A DNA stretch of 64,000 nt from an uncultured delta proteobacterium (GCA_963812015.1 CAWETI010000003.1:160001-224000); one strand, 5' to 3'; positions 48,810-58,368 are shown, numbered from the stretch's first letter. The notes: generated by a model not told the origin, from the sequence alone. Program-made: numbers and translations.

Positions 48810-48901
48810 AAATCCCCCCTGCCCCCCCTTGAGAAAAGGGGGGAATTATGAGGAATTGCTTCTAAAGTCCCCCTTTGCAAAAGGGGGATTTAGGGGGATT
48901 T
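48810..48901. repeat. Composite palindromic repeat (CCCCCTT..AAGGGGG family)
   Basis: Terminal AAATCCCCC/GGGGGATTT inverted repeats enclosing two CCCCCTT-N-AAGGGGG hairpins. Confidence 0.65.
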
Positions 48902-49089
48902 AAAAATCAGCAAGCGGGATGAATTTGTGGCCAACACGATAAAAGCCTTTTTTGCATAACGCACAAATTAGTCAGGGGATCTGAAGGGAATTGCCGTAGG
49001 CCAGGCAGGAAAACGGGGGCCCGAGTGGCAGCCCCCATGGTCATGATTCGGCCGGCAAAGCAGCAATGCGCCGGCCGGAAGCATTGCTC

Positions 49090-50037
49090 CTAGAGGGGGG
49101 ACGCGTCCAGGGTCAGGCCGTCGGCCCCGGCCGCACCCCTGGAGATGTCCACCGGCATGCCGTTTTGCTCCTCCACGGTCTGCATCACCTTGAGCATATT
49201 CACCTGGTCCATCAGGCCCCGCTGCTCCAGCAGGTTGAGCACGTGCAGGATCATGGAGGGGATTTTGAAGTACACGTCTTCGTGCACCGAGAGATAGATG
49301 CGGCCCTGGAGGAAGCCGATTTTGGCCGGCTCATAGATATACTCCACCGAGGTGCCCACCGGCACCATGGGGAACAGCTTTTTGATGTGCTCCGGATACA
49401 TGCGGGTGCAGCCGTGGCTCACCAGGCGGCCCACCCCCAGGGGCATGGCCGTGCCGTGGATGCCGTAATCGCCCCAGGACAGGGTGAGCTTGAAATCCCC
49501 CATAGGATTATCCTCACCCGGGGGCATCACCGCCATGCCGTACTTGGCCTGCAAGGACTTGGGGATGTGCCAGGCCGGATTCACCTTTTTCTCGATTACC
49601 CGAAATCTTCCCTGGGGAGTTCTGAAATCCAACACCCCCATGCCGATGGGGAAGGTATAGACCTGGGTATTATTGTTGATGAAGTAGTAGAGCCGCATCT
49701 CCCCGGTATTGACGATGATCTGGTTGCCATGGTTATTGGGCACGATCCACAGGGTGGGAATGGTCATCTCAGTACCTGCGGGGAGGATGAAGGGGTCCCA
49801 ATGGCGGTACATGACGCCGATCTCCGAATAACCCAGCCCGTAGCTCCGGGCAATTTCCAGGAGATCGTCGCCTTTTTTGATGCAGTAGTGCTGGATGCTC
49901 CCCACCACGGTGGCGGCCTGGGGATCGCAGCCTTCGGGGGAGGCCGGCAACCGGATGTCATAAGGGCCGGCCGCCATGGCCGGCAGAGTTGCCACCAATA
50001 TCATGCACGCCATAAAAATCAGGGTCATCTGGCGCAT
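49090..50037 (-). CDS. L,D-transpeptidase (LysM-like + YkuD; ErfK/YbiS/YcfS-like)
   Basis: PIGMG, KKVNPAW, NPMG, YGIHGT...VSHGCTRM catalytic motif. Confidence 0.92.
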   Translation of the reverse strand: MRQMTLIFMACMILVATLPAMAAGPYDIRLPASPEGCDPQAATVVGSIQHYCIKKGDDLLEIARSYGLGYSEIGVMYRHWDPFILPAGTEMTIPTLWIVPNNHGNQIIVNTGEMRLYYFINNNTQVYTFPIGMGVLDFRTPQGRFRVIEKKVNPAWHIPKSLQAKYGMAVMPPGEDNPMGDFKLTLSWGDYGIHGTAMPLGVGRLVSHGCTRMYPEHIKKLFPMVPVGTSVEYIYEPAKIGFLQGRIYLSVHEDVYFKIPSMILHVLNLLEQRGLMDQVNMLKVMQTVEEQNGMPVDISRGAAGADGLTLDASPL

Positions 50038-50101
50038 TTCGTCCCCCTGGGTTGTCAGCCTTTTGGGTTCCGGTTGCCCTCTGGCATGATGAGTGCCGTC
50101 A

Positions 50102-51046
50102 CTATCTGAGAAAACTGGTAGTCGATCCCCCCAAGCCGGCGTCTCTTTTGGTGATGTCCACCGGCATCCCGGTTTGTTCTTCCACGGTTTGCATCACTTT
50201 CTGGGTATCCACCTGATCGGCCAGACCCCGCTGCTCCAGCATACCCAGGGCATGCAAAATCATGGAGCGGATTTTGAAATACACGTCATCGTGCACGGAG
50301 AGAAAGATGCGGCCCTGGCGAAAGCCGATCAGGGCGGGCTCGTAGATGTACTCCACTTTGGTGCCCATGGGGACCATGGCGAAAAGTTTCTTGATATCTT
50401 CGGGATAGAGGCGGGTGCAGCCATGGCTCACCAAACGGCCCACGGCCCAGGGTAAATTGCAGCCGTGGATACCATAGTCTCCCCAATTCAGACCAAGTTT
50501 AAATTCCCCCATGGGGTTATCCGGCCCGGCGGCCATCACCGACATGCCGTATTTTTTCTGCAATTGCTTGGGGATATGCCATTCAGGATTTACTTTCTTT
50601 TGATTTACGGAAAAATTACCGGTGGGGGTTCTAAAGTCAAGGACGCCCATGCCGATGGGATAAGTATAGACCTGCGTGCCCTTGTTAATGAAATAGAACA
50701 GCCGCATCTCCCCGGTATTCACCACGATTTGGGCGCTATGGCCGGTGGGGACAATCCACAGGGACGGAATAAGCATGCTGGCCCCAATGGGTGGCAGGAA
50801 CGGGTCCCAGGCGCGATACATGGCGCCGATTTCCGTCCACCCCAGATCATAGCGCCGGGCGACATCCAGGAGGTCTTCGCCTTTCTTGATCACGTGATGC
50901 TGAGGCGAGCCGATGACGGTCATTGCCTGGGGATCAATGCCCATGCCGCTGGCGGGCGGCCGGATGCTGAAAGGCCCTCCGGCCCAGGCGGAGCACACGT
51001 TAAGCAAGAAAAACATCAGGGTCAGTATCTTGGCTGAGGCGCGCAT
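50102..51046 (-). CDS. L,D-transpeptidase paralog
   Basis: Same architecture and highly similar to the neighbour; YGIHG...VSHGCTRL. Confidence 0.92.
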   Translation of the reverse strand: MRASAKILTLMFFLLNVCSAWAGGPFSIRPPASGMGIDPQAMTVIGSPQHHVIKKGEDLLDVARRYDLGWTEIGAMYRAWDPFLPPIGASMLIPSLWIVPTGHSAQIVVNTGEMRLFYFINKGTQVYTYPIGMGVLDFRTPTGNFSVNQKKVNPEWHIPKQLQKKYGMSVMAAGPDNPMGEFKLGLNWGDYGIHGCNLPWAVGRLVSHGCTRLYPEDIKKLFAMVPMGTKVEYIYEPALIGFRQGRIFLSVHDDVYFKIRSMILHALGMLEQRGLADQVDTQKVMQTVEEQTGMPVDITKRDAGLGGSTTSFLR

Positions 51047-51050
51047 AATC

Positions 51051-52100
51051 TTAACCTTGACGGGGACGATAAGGTTTTAAACTGGAGGAGAAGGGTGGCT
51101 CCATGATGCCCTTCTCGGTAACTATGCCGGCAATCAAGTCGTTGGGGGTGACATCAAAGGCCAGGTTCAGGGCCGGGGCCCCGGCCGGGGCCACCGCCTG
51201 CCCCCAGAGATGGGTCACCTCTTCGGCGGCCCGCTCCTCCACCGGGATGTGGTCGCCGTCGGGGATGGAGAAATCAAAGGTGGACAGCGGCGCCGCCACG
51301 TAAAAGGGAATGCCGTGATGATGGGCCAGGACCGCCACGCTGTAGGTGCCGATCTTGTTGGCGGTGTCGCCGTTGGCGGCGATGCGGTCCGCCCCCAGGA
51401 TGACCAGGTCCACTTTGCCCTGGTGCATCAAGGTGGCTGCAGCCCCATCGGGGATGAGGGTGTAGGGAATCCCCAGCTTGCCCAACTCCCAGGTGGTGAG
51501 GCGCGCCCCCTGGAGAAGGGGCCGGGTTTCGTCCACCCACACGGAAAAGCGCTTCCCGCCCTCCCAGGCGGCCCGGAGCACCCCCAAAGCGGTGCCATAG
51601 GCCCCGGTGGCCAGGGCGCCGGTGTTGCAGTGGGTGAGCACCCGCTGGCCGTTGTGGATCAGGACCTGTCCCGCCTGGGCCATGCGGCGGTTGATGGTTT
51701 CATCTTCCTTCAACATGGTCTGGCCTTCGGCCACGAGATATCCCTTGATGGCCTCCACGGATTCAGCCGCATGCTCTTGGGCTACCAACAACATCCGATC
51801 TAAAGCCCAGAACAGGTTGACCGCGGTGGGACGGGCGGCGGCAATCTCCCGGCAGATCTCCTGGAATCGCGCTTGGAACTCCCGGGGGTCGGTGGTATCC
51901 AGGTCCAACGCCCCCAATGCCGCGCCCATGGCCGCGGCCACCCCGATGGCCGGGGCTCCCCGGATGGCGAGCGTCCGGATGGCCTCGATGACCTCGCGAT
52001 AATCCTTGATCTCCAGGTAGAGCTCTTCCGCTGGCAGCCGCCGTTGATCCAACAGCTTGACCTTATCCACATCCCAACAAATGCTGCAATAGGGGATCAT
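51051..52100 (-). CDS. mtnA: S-methyl-5-thioribose-1-phosphate isomerase
   Basis: LLDQRRLP, IRGAPAIG, ARPTAVNL, LTHCNTGALAT, ETRPLLQGARLT, GDTANKIGT. Confidence 0.95.
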   Translation of the reverse strand: MIPYCSICWDVDKVKLLDQRRLPAEELYLEIKDYREVIEAIRTLAIRGAPAIGVAAAMGAALGALDLDTTDPREFQARFQEICREIAAARPTAVNLFWALDRMLLVAQEHAAESVEAIKGYLVAEGQTMLKEDETINRRMAQAGQVLIHNGQRVLTHCNTGALATGAYGTALGVLRAAWEGGKRFSVWVDETRPLLQGARLTTWELGKLGIPYTLIPDGAAATLMHQGKVDLVILGADRIAANGDTANKIGTYSVAVLAHHHGIPFYVAAPLSTFDFSIPDGDHIPVEERAAEEVTHLWGQAVAPAGAPALNLAFDVTPNDLIAGIVTEKGIMEPPFSSSLKPYRPRQG

Positions 52101-52108
52101 TTTTACTC

Positions 52109-52143
52109 CGGTTTTCAGTTTTTCGTTTTCGGTTTTCGGTTAA
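52109..52143. repeat. Heptamer tandem repeat (CGGTTTT-like x5)
   Basis: CGGTTTT CAGTTTT TCGTTTT CGGTTTT CGGTTTA immediately upstream of mtnA. Confidence 0.6.
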
Positions 52144-52161
52144 ATCGCCGGCTGGTGAGGG

Positions 52162-52192
52162 TGTAGGGGCGGGTTTTAAACCCGCCCCTACA
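52162..52192. repeat. GTAG-type REP-like perfect palindrome
   Basis: TGTAGGGGCGGGTTT-T-AAACCCGCCCCTACA. Confidence 0.85.
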
Positions 52193-52208
52193 ATTAAATT
52201 CCCCTAAC

Positions 52209-53705
52209 TCATTTTAGTAGCCGCTGAAAAATCTCATTGGCCAGTTGCGGGTTAGCCTGGCCCTTGGTTTTTTTCATAAGTTGCCCCACGAAGAAACCCA
52301 TGACCTTGGTCTTGCCCGCCTTGAAATTGGCCACCTCCTGGGGGTGGGCCTTGATAATCTCCCGGGCCGCGGCTTCCAGGGCCCCGGTGTCGCTGATCTG
52401 GGTTAGGCCTTTTTCCTTGATGATGGCCTCGGGCATGTTACCGGTGGCCTTCATATCTTCAAAGACCGTTTTGGCTATTTTCCCGCTGATGGTGCCCTTT
52501 TCCACCAGGGCCAGCAGCTGCGCCAGGGCTGTAGGAGTGACCTGCTTGTAAGTGATGCCTGAAAAATCCCTAACCCAATCCCTCAGCGACTCAGTCATGA
52601 TCCAGTTGCTTATCTTTTTGGCAATATTCTTTATATTTGGTGAACCGAATGCTTCTTCGCTGGGAATGCCGGAAGGCCTTATCTGTTGCCACTGGGGGAA
52701 CTCCTGGACCGCAGCCTCGAAGTAGTCGGCCAGGGCTTTATCTGAGGTCAGCACTTCGGCATCGTATTCCGGCAGATCGTATGCCGTCACGAAGCGCTTG
52801 AGGCGCGCCGTCGGCAGTTCCGGCAGGGTTTTTCGCAAGGCCTCCAACCAATCGGCATCGATCTTAATCGGCACCAGGTCCGGGTCGGGGAAGTAGCGGT
52901 AGTCGTGGGCCTCTTCCTTGCCCCGCATGGACACGGTCTGGTTGGCCGCGGTATCCCAGAGGCGGGTTTCCTGGATGATTTCCCGCCCCGCGGCCAGCAG
53001 GGCGCGCTGCCGCTTGATCTCATATTCCAGGGCGGCCTTGACGAACCGGAAGGAGTTCATGTTCTTGAGTTCGGCCCTGGTGCCGAACTCGGTTTGCCCC
53101 ACCGGGCGCAGGGAGATGTTGGCGTCGCACCTGAGCGAGCCTTCCTCCATGTTGCCGTCGCAAACCTCTAAATAGAGGAGGATATTCCGCAGGCCCTTGA
53201 AGTATTCCACCGCCTCCTCGGGGGTGCGCATATCCGGTTCGCTGACGATCTCAATGAGGGGCACCCCGGTGCGGTTAAAGTCCACAAAACTCACCGGCCG
53301 GGATTCGCTGTGGATCAGTTTGCCGGCATCCTCCTCCATATGGATGCGGGTGATGCCGATGCGCCGGGCCCGGCCTTCCACCTTGATGTCCAGGTAGCCG
53401 TGTTCAGCCAGGGGTAATTCGTACTGGGAGATCTGGTAACCCTTTGGAAGGTCAGGATAAAAGTAATTCTTCCGGGCGAAGACCGACTCGGGATTGACCC
53501 GGCAGTTGGTGGCCAGGGCCATCTTCAGGGCGAACTCCACCGCCTTCCTATTCAGGACCGGGAGAGAACCGGGCATCCCCAGGCAGACCTCGCAGACCTG
53601 GGTGTTGGGCGCAGCCCCAAACCCAGTGGCGCAGCCGCAGAAGATTTTGCTGGCGGTGCGCAGCTCGGCGTGAATTTCTAACCCGATAACCGCTTCATAT
53701 TCCAC
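52209..53705 (-). CDS. gatB: Asp-tRNA(Asn)/Glu-tRNA(Gln) amidotransferase subunit B
   Basis: [51 protein letters not shown]. Confidence 0.98.
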   Translation of the reverse strand: MEYEAVIGLEIHAELRTASKIFCGCATGFGAAPNTQVCEVCLGMPGSLPVLNRKAVEFALKMALATNCRVNPESVFARKNYFYPDLPKGYQISQYELPLAEHGYLDIKVEGRARRIGITRIHMEEDAGKLIHSESRPVSFVDFNRTGVPLIEIVSEPDMRTPEEAVEYFKGLRNILLYLEVCDGNMEEGSLRCDANISLRPVGQTEFGTRAELKNMNSFRFVKAALEYEIKRQRALLAAGREIIQETRLWDTAANQTVSMRGKEEAHDYRYFPDPDLVPIKIDADWLEALRKTLPELPTARLKRFVTAYDLPEYDAEVLTSDKALADYFEAAVQEFPQWQQIRPSGIPSEEAFGSPNIKNIAKKISNWIMTESLRDWVRDFSGITYKQVTPTALAQLLALVEKGTISGKIAKTVFEDMKATGNMPEAIIKEKGLTQISDTGALEAAAREIIKAHPQEVANFKAGKTKVMGFFVGQLMKKTKGQANPQLANEIFQRLLK

Positions 53706-53720
53706 GGGGCACGCCCTGCC

Positions 53721-54509
53721 TTACGATTTCGTAGCCAGCCGTTCGTGAATCAGGTCGGCGACTTTGAGGCCCGAGAGGATCATACCGCCGAAGATGGCGC
53801 CCATACGGTTGACGCCGGCGGTGGCGGTGGCGGCCATGCCGGCCACGAAAAAGCCCGGATAAATCTCTTTGGTGTGTTCAATGGTGCCTTTTTCGCCCAC
53901 CTCCGACCACATGGAGCGCTCCCCGCCGATGCCGCCGCTGGGGGTGGCCAGGGTGATGGGCTGGTTTTTCCGCAGGAGCACGTGCACCACCTCCAGGTCG
54001 TGGCCGGTAGCGTCGATGGTGCATTTGGCCCGGATCACCAGGGGGTCCACGTGGAGGCGGGCCATCTCCACCGCGGTCCACTCAATCACCAGGCCGGTGA
54101 CCCGGTCCTCCCGGACCATGACATCTTCCACGCTGATGCAGTTGAATACGGTGGCCCCGGCTTTCACCGCCTGGGACGCCAGGGTGGTGACGGCCTCCAC
54201 CGCATCGGCGGTGTAATACCCGTCATAGATGGGCTTGAGGCGAATCCCCAACTCGTCCAGGACGGGTTTGGCCGCTTCCTGGATGACGATTTCATTGAAC
54301 ATCATGCCGCCGCCCCACATGCCGCCGCCGATGGAGAGCTTCCGTTCGAAGATGGCTACTTTGTGGCCCCGCTGGGCCAGGCGCCAGGCCGAAGTGAGCC
54401 CGGAGACCCCGCCCCCCACCACGGCTACATCCAGGTCCAGATGGTCCAGCAGTTTCTGAGTATAACGCTCAATGATTGCCCGTGAAATGAGAATTTCATC
54501 CAATGCCAT
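53721..54509 (-). CDS. thi4: Sulfide-dependent (non-Cys) adenosine diphosphate thiazole synthase
   Basis: GGGMWGGG, LHVDP (His where yeast/plant THI4 has Cys), DATGH, RMGAIFGGMILSG. Confidence 0.92.
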   Translation of the reverse strand: MALDEILISRAIIERYTQKLLDHLDLDVAVVGGGVSGLTSAWRLAQRGHKVAIFERKLSIGGGMWGGGMMFNEIVIQEAAKPVLDELGIRLKPIYDGYYTADAVEAVTTLASQAVKAGATVFNCISVEDVMVREDRVTGLVIEWTAVEMARLHVDPLVIRAKCTIDATGHDLEVVHVLLRKNQPITLATPSGGIGGERSMWSEVGEKGTIEHTKEIYPGFFVAGMAATATAGVNRMGAIFGGMILSGLKVADLIHERLATKS

Positions 54510-54541
54510 GATGGGTCCTTTCTCTATGCGAAATTGTGTTA

Positions 54542-54570
54542 AAAATATCTAACCCCCCTCGTTCTGTCAA
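54542..54570 (-). promoter_or_regulatory. sigma70-type promoter for thi4-gatB
   Basis: On the - strand, TTGACA-17 nt-TATTTT. Confidence 0.55.
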
Positions 54571-54723
54571 GTAGATGGCCCTCGTCGGAACCTGGATGAA
54601 CCGGGAGGGCGACGGCCGGACGAGCCGCTAGCCTTGGGGCGCCCCCTTCCCCGGGGAGGATTTGCTTTTGCCCGGCAGAAACATAAATTGTATAGTGAAA
54701 AGAAATTCTCCGAGGATCAAAGC

Positions 54724-55527
54724 ATGCCCTCAATCAAGCTCAAGGCCTTCGCCTTGCTGGAAAAAGTTCGGGCGGAAAGCCCGGTGGTCCATCACCTGAC
54801 CAACTGGGTCACCATCTACGACTGCGCCCAGGTGGTTAAAGTGCTGGGCGCCTCCCCGGTCATGGCTCACGCCAGGGAAGAGGTGGAGGAGATGGCCCGG
54901 CTGGCGTCTGCCCTGGTCCTCAATATCGGCACCCTGACCGTGGAGATGGTGGAGGCCATGAAACTGGCGGCTAGATGCGCCAACGCCAAGGGGATTCCGG
55001 TGATCCTGGACGTCTGCGGCGCGGGGGCCACCTCCCTGCGGGACCGGAAGAGTTTTGAGCTCCTGGATGAAGTGCGGATTGATCTCATTAAGGGCAACGC
55101 CTCGGAGGTGGCCCGGATCAGTGGCGCTCAGGTTCGGACCAAGGGGGTGGACGCCGCCCCGGTGGAGGTGGATCTGGAGGAAGTGGCCCAGAGCCTGGCC
55201 CTCAGGCGCAAGTGCACGGTGGTCATCACCGGCCCGGAAGACCTGGTGGTTGACGGCAGCCGGCGGTTTATCGTCAAAAACGGCCACCCCCTCATGTCCC
55301 GGGTGGTGGGCACCGGCTGCATGGCGGCTTCGGTGATCGGCGCCTTTGCCGCGGTGGAGCCGGACCTGGCCCTGGCCGCGGCCGCCGGCCTGGTCTGCTT
55401 CAACGTTGCCGCGGAGCTGGCCGCCGAACTGTCTCCGGGCCCCGGCACCTTCAAGGTGAAGCTCTTTGACTGCCTGCACGATCTGGATGAGCCGACTCTG
55501 GCGGAGCGGCGGCGGGTGAGTGGTTGA
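54724..55527 (+). CDS. thiM: Hydroxyethylthiazole kinase
   Basis: PVVHHLTNWV, GASPVMA, LNIGTL, IKGNASE, VGTGCM; GAGGA RBS before ATG 54724. Confidence 0.95.
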   Translation: MPSIKLKAFALLEKVRAESPVVHHLTNWVTIYDCAQVVKVLGASPVMAHAREEVEEMARLASALVLNIGTLTVEMVEAMKLAARCANAKGIPVILDVCGAGATSLRDRKSFELLDEVRIDLIKGNASEVARISGAQVRTKGVDAAPVEVDLEEVAQSLALRRKCTVVITGPEDLVVDGSRRFIVKNGHPLMSRVVGTGCMAASVIGAFAAVEPDLALAAAAGLVCFNVAAELAAELSPGPGTFKVKLFDCLHDLDEPTLAERRRVSG

Positions 55528-56174
55528 GGGGATACTATTTCATCACCGAGTCGGTCTTGAGCCGGGCCGGGAACCTCAGGGACGTGGCCAGCGCGGTGGC
55601 CGCGGGGGTCCGGGTGGTGCAGTACCGGCAGAAGCAGGGCCACAGCCGGGATTTGGTGGGCGAAGCCCGGCAACTGCGGGAGCTCTGCTGCCGCACCCTC
55701 TTTTTGGTCAACGACCGGGTGGACCTCGCCCTTGAGGTGGGGGCCGACGGGGTGCACCTGGGCCAGGAGGACCTGCCCTACCCCGAGGCCCGCAAAATCC
55801 TGGGCCCGGAGAAAATCATCGGGGTCACGGTTCACAATCTGGCCGAAGCCCTGGCGGCGCAGGCCTGGGGGGCGGATTACCTGGGGGTGTCGCCAATATT
55901 TGCCACCGCCACCAAGGCCGACGCCGGCGCCCCCGCCGGGGTTTTCCTGCTGGCCGAGATTCGCCGGCGGGTATCCCTCCCCCTGGTGGCCATCGGCGGC
56001 ATCACCCTGGCCAACGCCCCGGAGGTCATTGGGGCCGGGGCCGACGCGGTGTGCGCCATCTCGGCGGTGGTGGCAAAAACCGACGTCCGGGCCGAGATTG
56101 AGAAATTTCAGAGGTTGTTCCGTGAGAAAATTTCGGGAAAACTGACGGATAAGCCGGATGAAGGTGACTCGTAG
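55524..56174 (+). CDS. thiE: Thiamine-phosphate synthase
   Basis: VQYRQK, VNDRVD, GVHLGQED, ADYLGVSPIFATATK, VAIGGI. Confidence 0.95.
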   Translation: MRGYYFITESVLSRAGNLRDVASAVAAGVRVVQYRQKQGHSRDLVGEARQLRELCCRTLFLVNDRVDLALEVGADGVHLGQEDLPYPEARKILGPEKIIGVTVHNLAEALAAQAWGADYLGVSPIFATATKADAGAPAGVFLLAEIRRRVSLPLVAIGGITLANAPEVIGAGADAVCAISAVVAKTDVRAEIEKFQRLFREKISGKLTDKPDEGDS

Positions 56175-56198
56175 GGGCGGTGCCCTCACCGTCCCTAC
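56171..56198. repeat. GTAG-type REP-like palindrome providing the thiE stop codon
   Basis: GTAGGGGCGGTG-CCCT-CACCGTCCCTAC; a degenerate copy GTAGAGGCGGACCCATGTGCCCGC lies at 56286-56309. Confidence 0.75.
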
Positions 56199-56441
56199 AT
56201 TACTATATCCACCCACAATTTGCCCTTGGCGCAGCCGGTTATCTCCGGTACAGTAGATTTGCCGGCATGGGGGTTACCCTTTATTGTAGAGGCGGACCCA
56301 TGTGCCCGCGCAGCGCCGGCGCGGCTTGCTCTTTGGGGGAGCAGTTCAAAGTATTCCTGAAACGCCATAATAGGCAAGTATGTCATAAATCAGGGATTCT
56401 TTCCCTGGTTCAATAAATCCTTCTGATCTTCGAGGTATCAT

Positions 56442-57377
56442 ATGTCTCGCATAGCTTGTTTGTTTCCCGGGCAGGGTTCCCAATACGTGGGCATGGGCCG
56501 GGACCTCTTTGACGCCGACCCCGGCGCCCGGGAGTTGTTCGAGTTGGCGGAGGGCACCACCGGCCTCCCCTTACGAAAACTCTGTTTCACCGGCCCCATG
56601 GAGGAACTCACCCTGACGGTGAATCTCCAGCCCGCGGTTACGGTGATTAATCTCTGTCTCTACCAGGCCCTGGCCCAGGCCGGGGTGAAGCCCCAGGCAG
56701 TGTGCGGTCACAGCCTGGGCGAGTACAGCGCCCTGTTTGCCGCCGGGGTGCTGAGCGCCGGGGACACTATCGCCGCGGTCCGGGAACGGGGCCGCCTCAT
56801 GCACCGGGAGGCGGAAAAATATCCCGGCGCCATGGCGGCGGTCATCGGACTGACCCCGGAGAAACTGAAGGGGCTGGTCCATCCCTTGACCAAAGAAGGC
56901 CCCATCGCCCTGGCCAACTTCAATACCCCGGAGCAGACGGTAATTTCCGGGACGCCGGAAATGGTGGCCCGGGCGGGAAATCTGGCCAAAGCCGAGGGGG
57001 CCCGCGTGGTGCCCTTAAAAGTCTCCGGGGCCTGGCACTCGCCCCTGATGATGGGAGCCAACGCCGATTTTGCCGCGTTCATGGACACCTTAAATTTTCA
57101 GACGCCCACGCTCCCCCTTTACCTCAATGCCAGCGCGGCCCCGGAGACGAACCCAGGCATCCTGCGGGCGGCCATGGGCGCCCAGCTCACGTCCCCGGTG
57201 CGCTGGGCCGAACTCATCCTCAACCTGAAGGCCGCCGGGGTGGACACCTGGGTGGAGGTGGGGCCGAAGAATGTCCTCAAGGGCCTGGTGCGCAAAATCC
57301 TGCCCCAGGACCCCCCCGAGAGTTTTCATAACGTGGAAAACCGGGAGAGTTTGGAGAAGTTTTTAAACGCAATTTAG
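56442..57377 (+). CDS. fabD: Malonyl-CoA-ACP transacylase
   Basis: FPGQGSQ, GHSLGEYSAL, VSGAWHS, SPVRW, EVGP. Confidence 0.96.
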   Translation: MSRIACLFPGQGSQYVGMGRDLFDADPGARELFELAEGTTGLPLRKLCFTGPMEELTLTVNLQPAVTVINLCLYQALAQAGVKPQAVCGHSLGEYSALFAAGVLSAGDTIAAVRERGRLMHREAEKYPGAMAAVIGLTPEKLKGLVHPLTKEGPIALANFNTPEQTVISGTPEMVARAGNLAKAEGARVVPLKVSGAWHSPLMMGANADFAAFMDTLNFQTPTLPLYLNASAAPETNPGILRAAMGAQLTSPVRWAELILNLKAAGVDTWVEVGPKNVLKGLVRKILPQDPPESFHNVENRESLEKFLNAI

Positions 57378-57409
57378 GATTTTCAGGGAGACCAGGGGAA
57401 AACTGCTTT

Positions 57410-57485
57410 TTTGTCATCCTGAGCGTCGCGAAGGATCTCATCTATCTGAAAATACGAGATTCTTCGCTTCGCTCAGAATGACAAA
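57410..57485. repeat. TGTCATTCTGAGCGAAGCGAAGAATCTC-type inverted repeat element
   Basis: 30-bp arms (57410-57439 and 57456-57485) match at 26/30, with a 16-nt loop. Confidence 0.8.
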
Positions 57486-57522
57486 CTGGTGAAATTGTGG
57501 TTGGCCAAAAAGGGATGGCGTT

Positions 57523-58188
57523 ATGGAAAAAACTAATCCCCAGATACTTGTTTTTGCTTCCGGGACAAAAACCGGTGGCGGATCCGGATTTGAGACGATG
57601 GTAAGAGCTGCGAGGACCAGGCCGCCAATTTTAGACGCTTGGATTTGTGCGGTTGTCACTAATCATTTTGAGGGCGGTGTTTGGCATAAGGCAAAAGCTC
57701 TCGGAATACATTCCGAATACTGGGGTGGTCCCTATCTTGCCAAGGGCTACCAAAACTTTGTAAAGTATTTCAACGCTGATTATGTCATGCTTTCCGGCTG
57801 GCTGAAGCTGGTAGCAGGCCTTGACCCGGCGCGTACGATTAATATCCATCCTGGTCCTTTGCCACGATTTGGTGGGCCGAAACTTTACGGACACTATGTT
57901 CACGAAGCGGTTATGGCAGCTTATCACCGCGGGGACATTACCCACAGCGCGGTCACCATGCATTTTGTTGATGCGATATATGACCGCGGCCCGATATTTT
58001 TCGCTCTACCTATTCCCATTGAGCCGAGCGATACACCGGAGACCTTGGCTGCAAAGATGAATCGTGCTGAACATGAATGGCAACCCCGGGTTCTCAACTA
58101 TGTAGTGCACGGACAGGTGCGGCTGGTCGGCAAAGAAGTTGTCTATGAGACCGAAGAACTGAAGCGCCTGCTGATGCCAGAAGCGTAG
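57523..58188 (+). CDS. purN: Phosphoribosylglycinamide formyltransferase-like protein
   Basis: VFASG..GSG, LSGWLKL, INIHPGPLP.FGG..YG..VHEAV, HFVD..YDRG. Confidence 0.78.
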   Translation: MEKTNPQILVFASGTKTGGGSGFETMVRAARTRPPILDAWICAVVTNHFEGGVWHKAKALGIHSEYWGGPYLAKGYQNFVKYFNADYVMLSGWLKLVAGLDPARTINIHPGPLPRFGGPKLYGHYVHEAVMAAYHRGDITHSAVTMHFVDAIYDRGPIFFALPIPIEPSDTPETLAAKMNRAEHEWQPRVLNYVVHGQVRLVGKEVVYETEELKRLLMPEA

Positions 58189-58368
58189 TAAGTCAAAAAC
58201 GTAAAAATTGCGGGGAAGATCTAATCAATCAGGGCAGGTTCCTATCCTTTATCTTCAAATTTTAAAATGTGGCGATATAATGACAATATTTGAAGCGAGA
58301 CTAGAAAGTTAAAAGAGCATTATCCACTGAGTTAATCCTATTCGCCTTGTTGTCCTTAATCGAACAAT

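Noticed and set aside
54510..54723. Possible TPP riboswitch between thi4 and thiM (GAACCTG...GGGAGGG)
   Set aside because: The conserved CTGAGA element and TAAT-containing P5 loop were not found on either strand.
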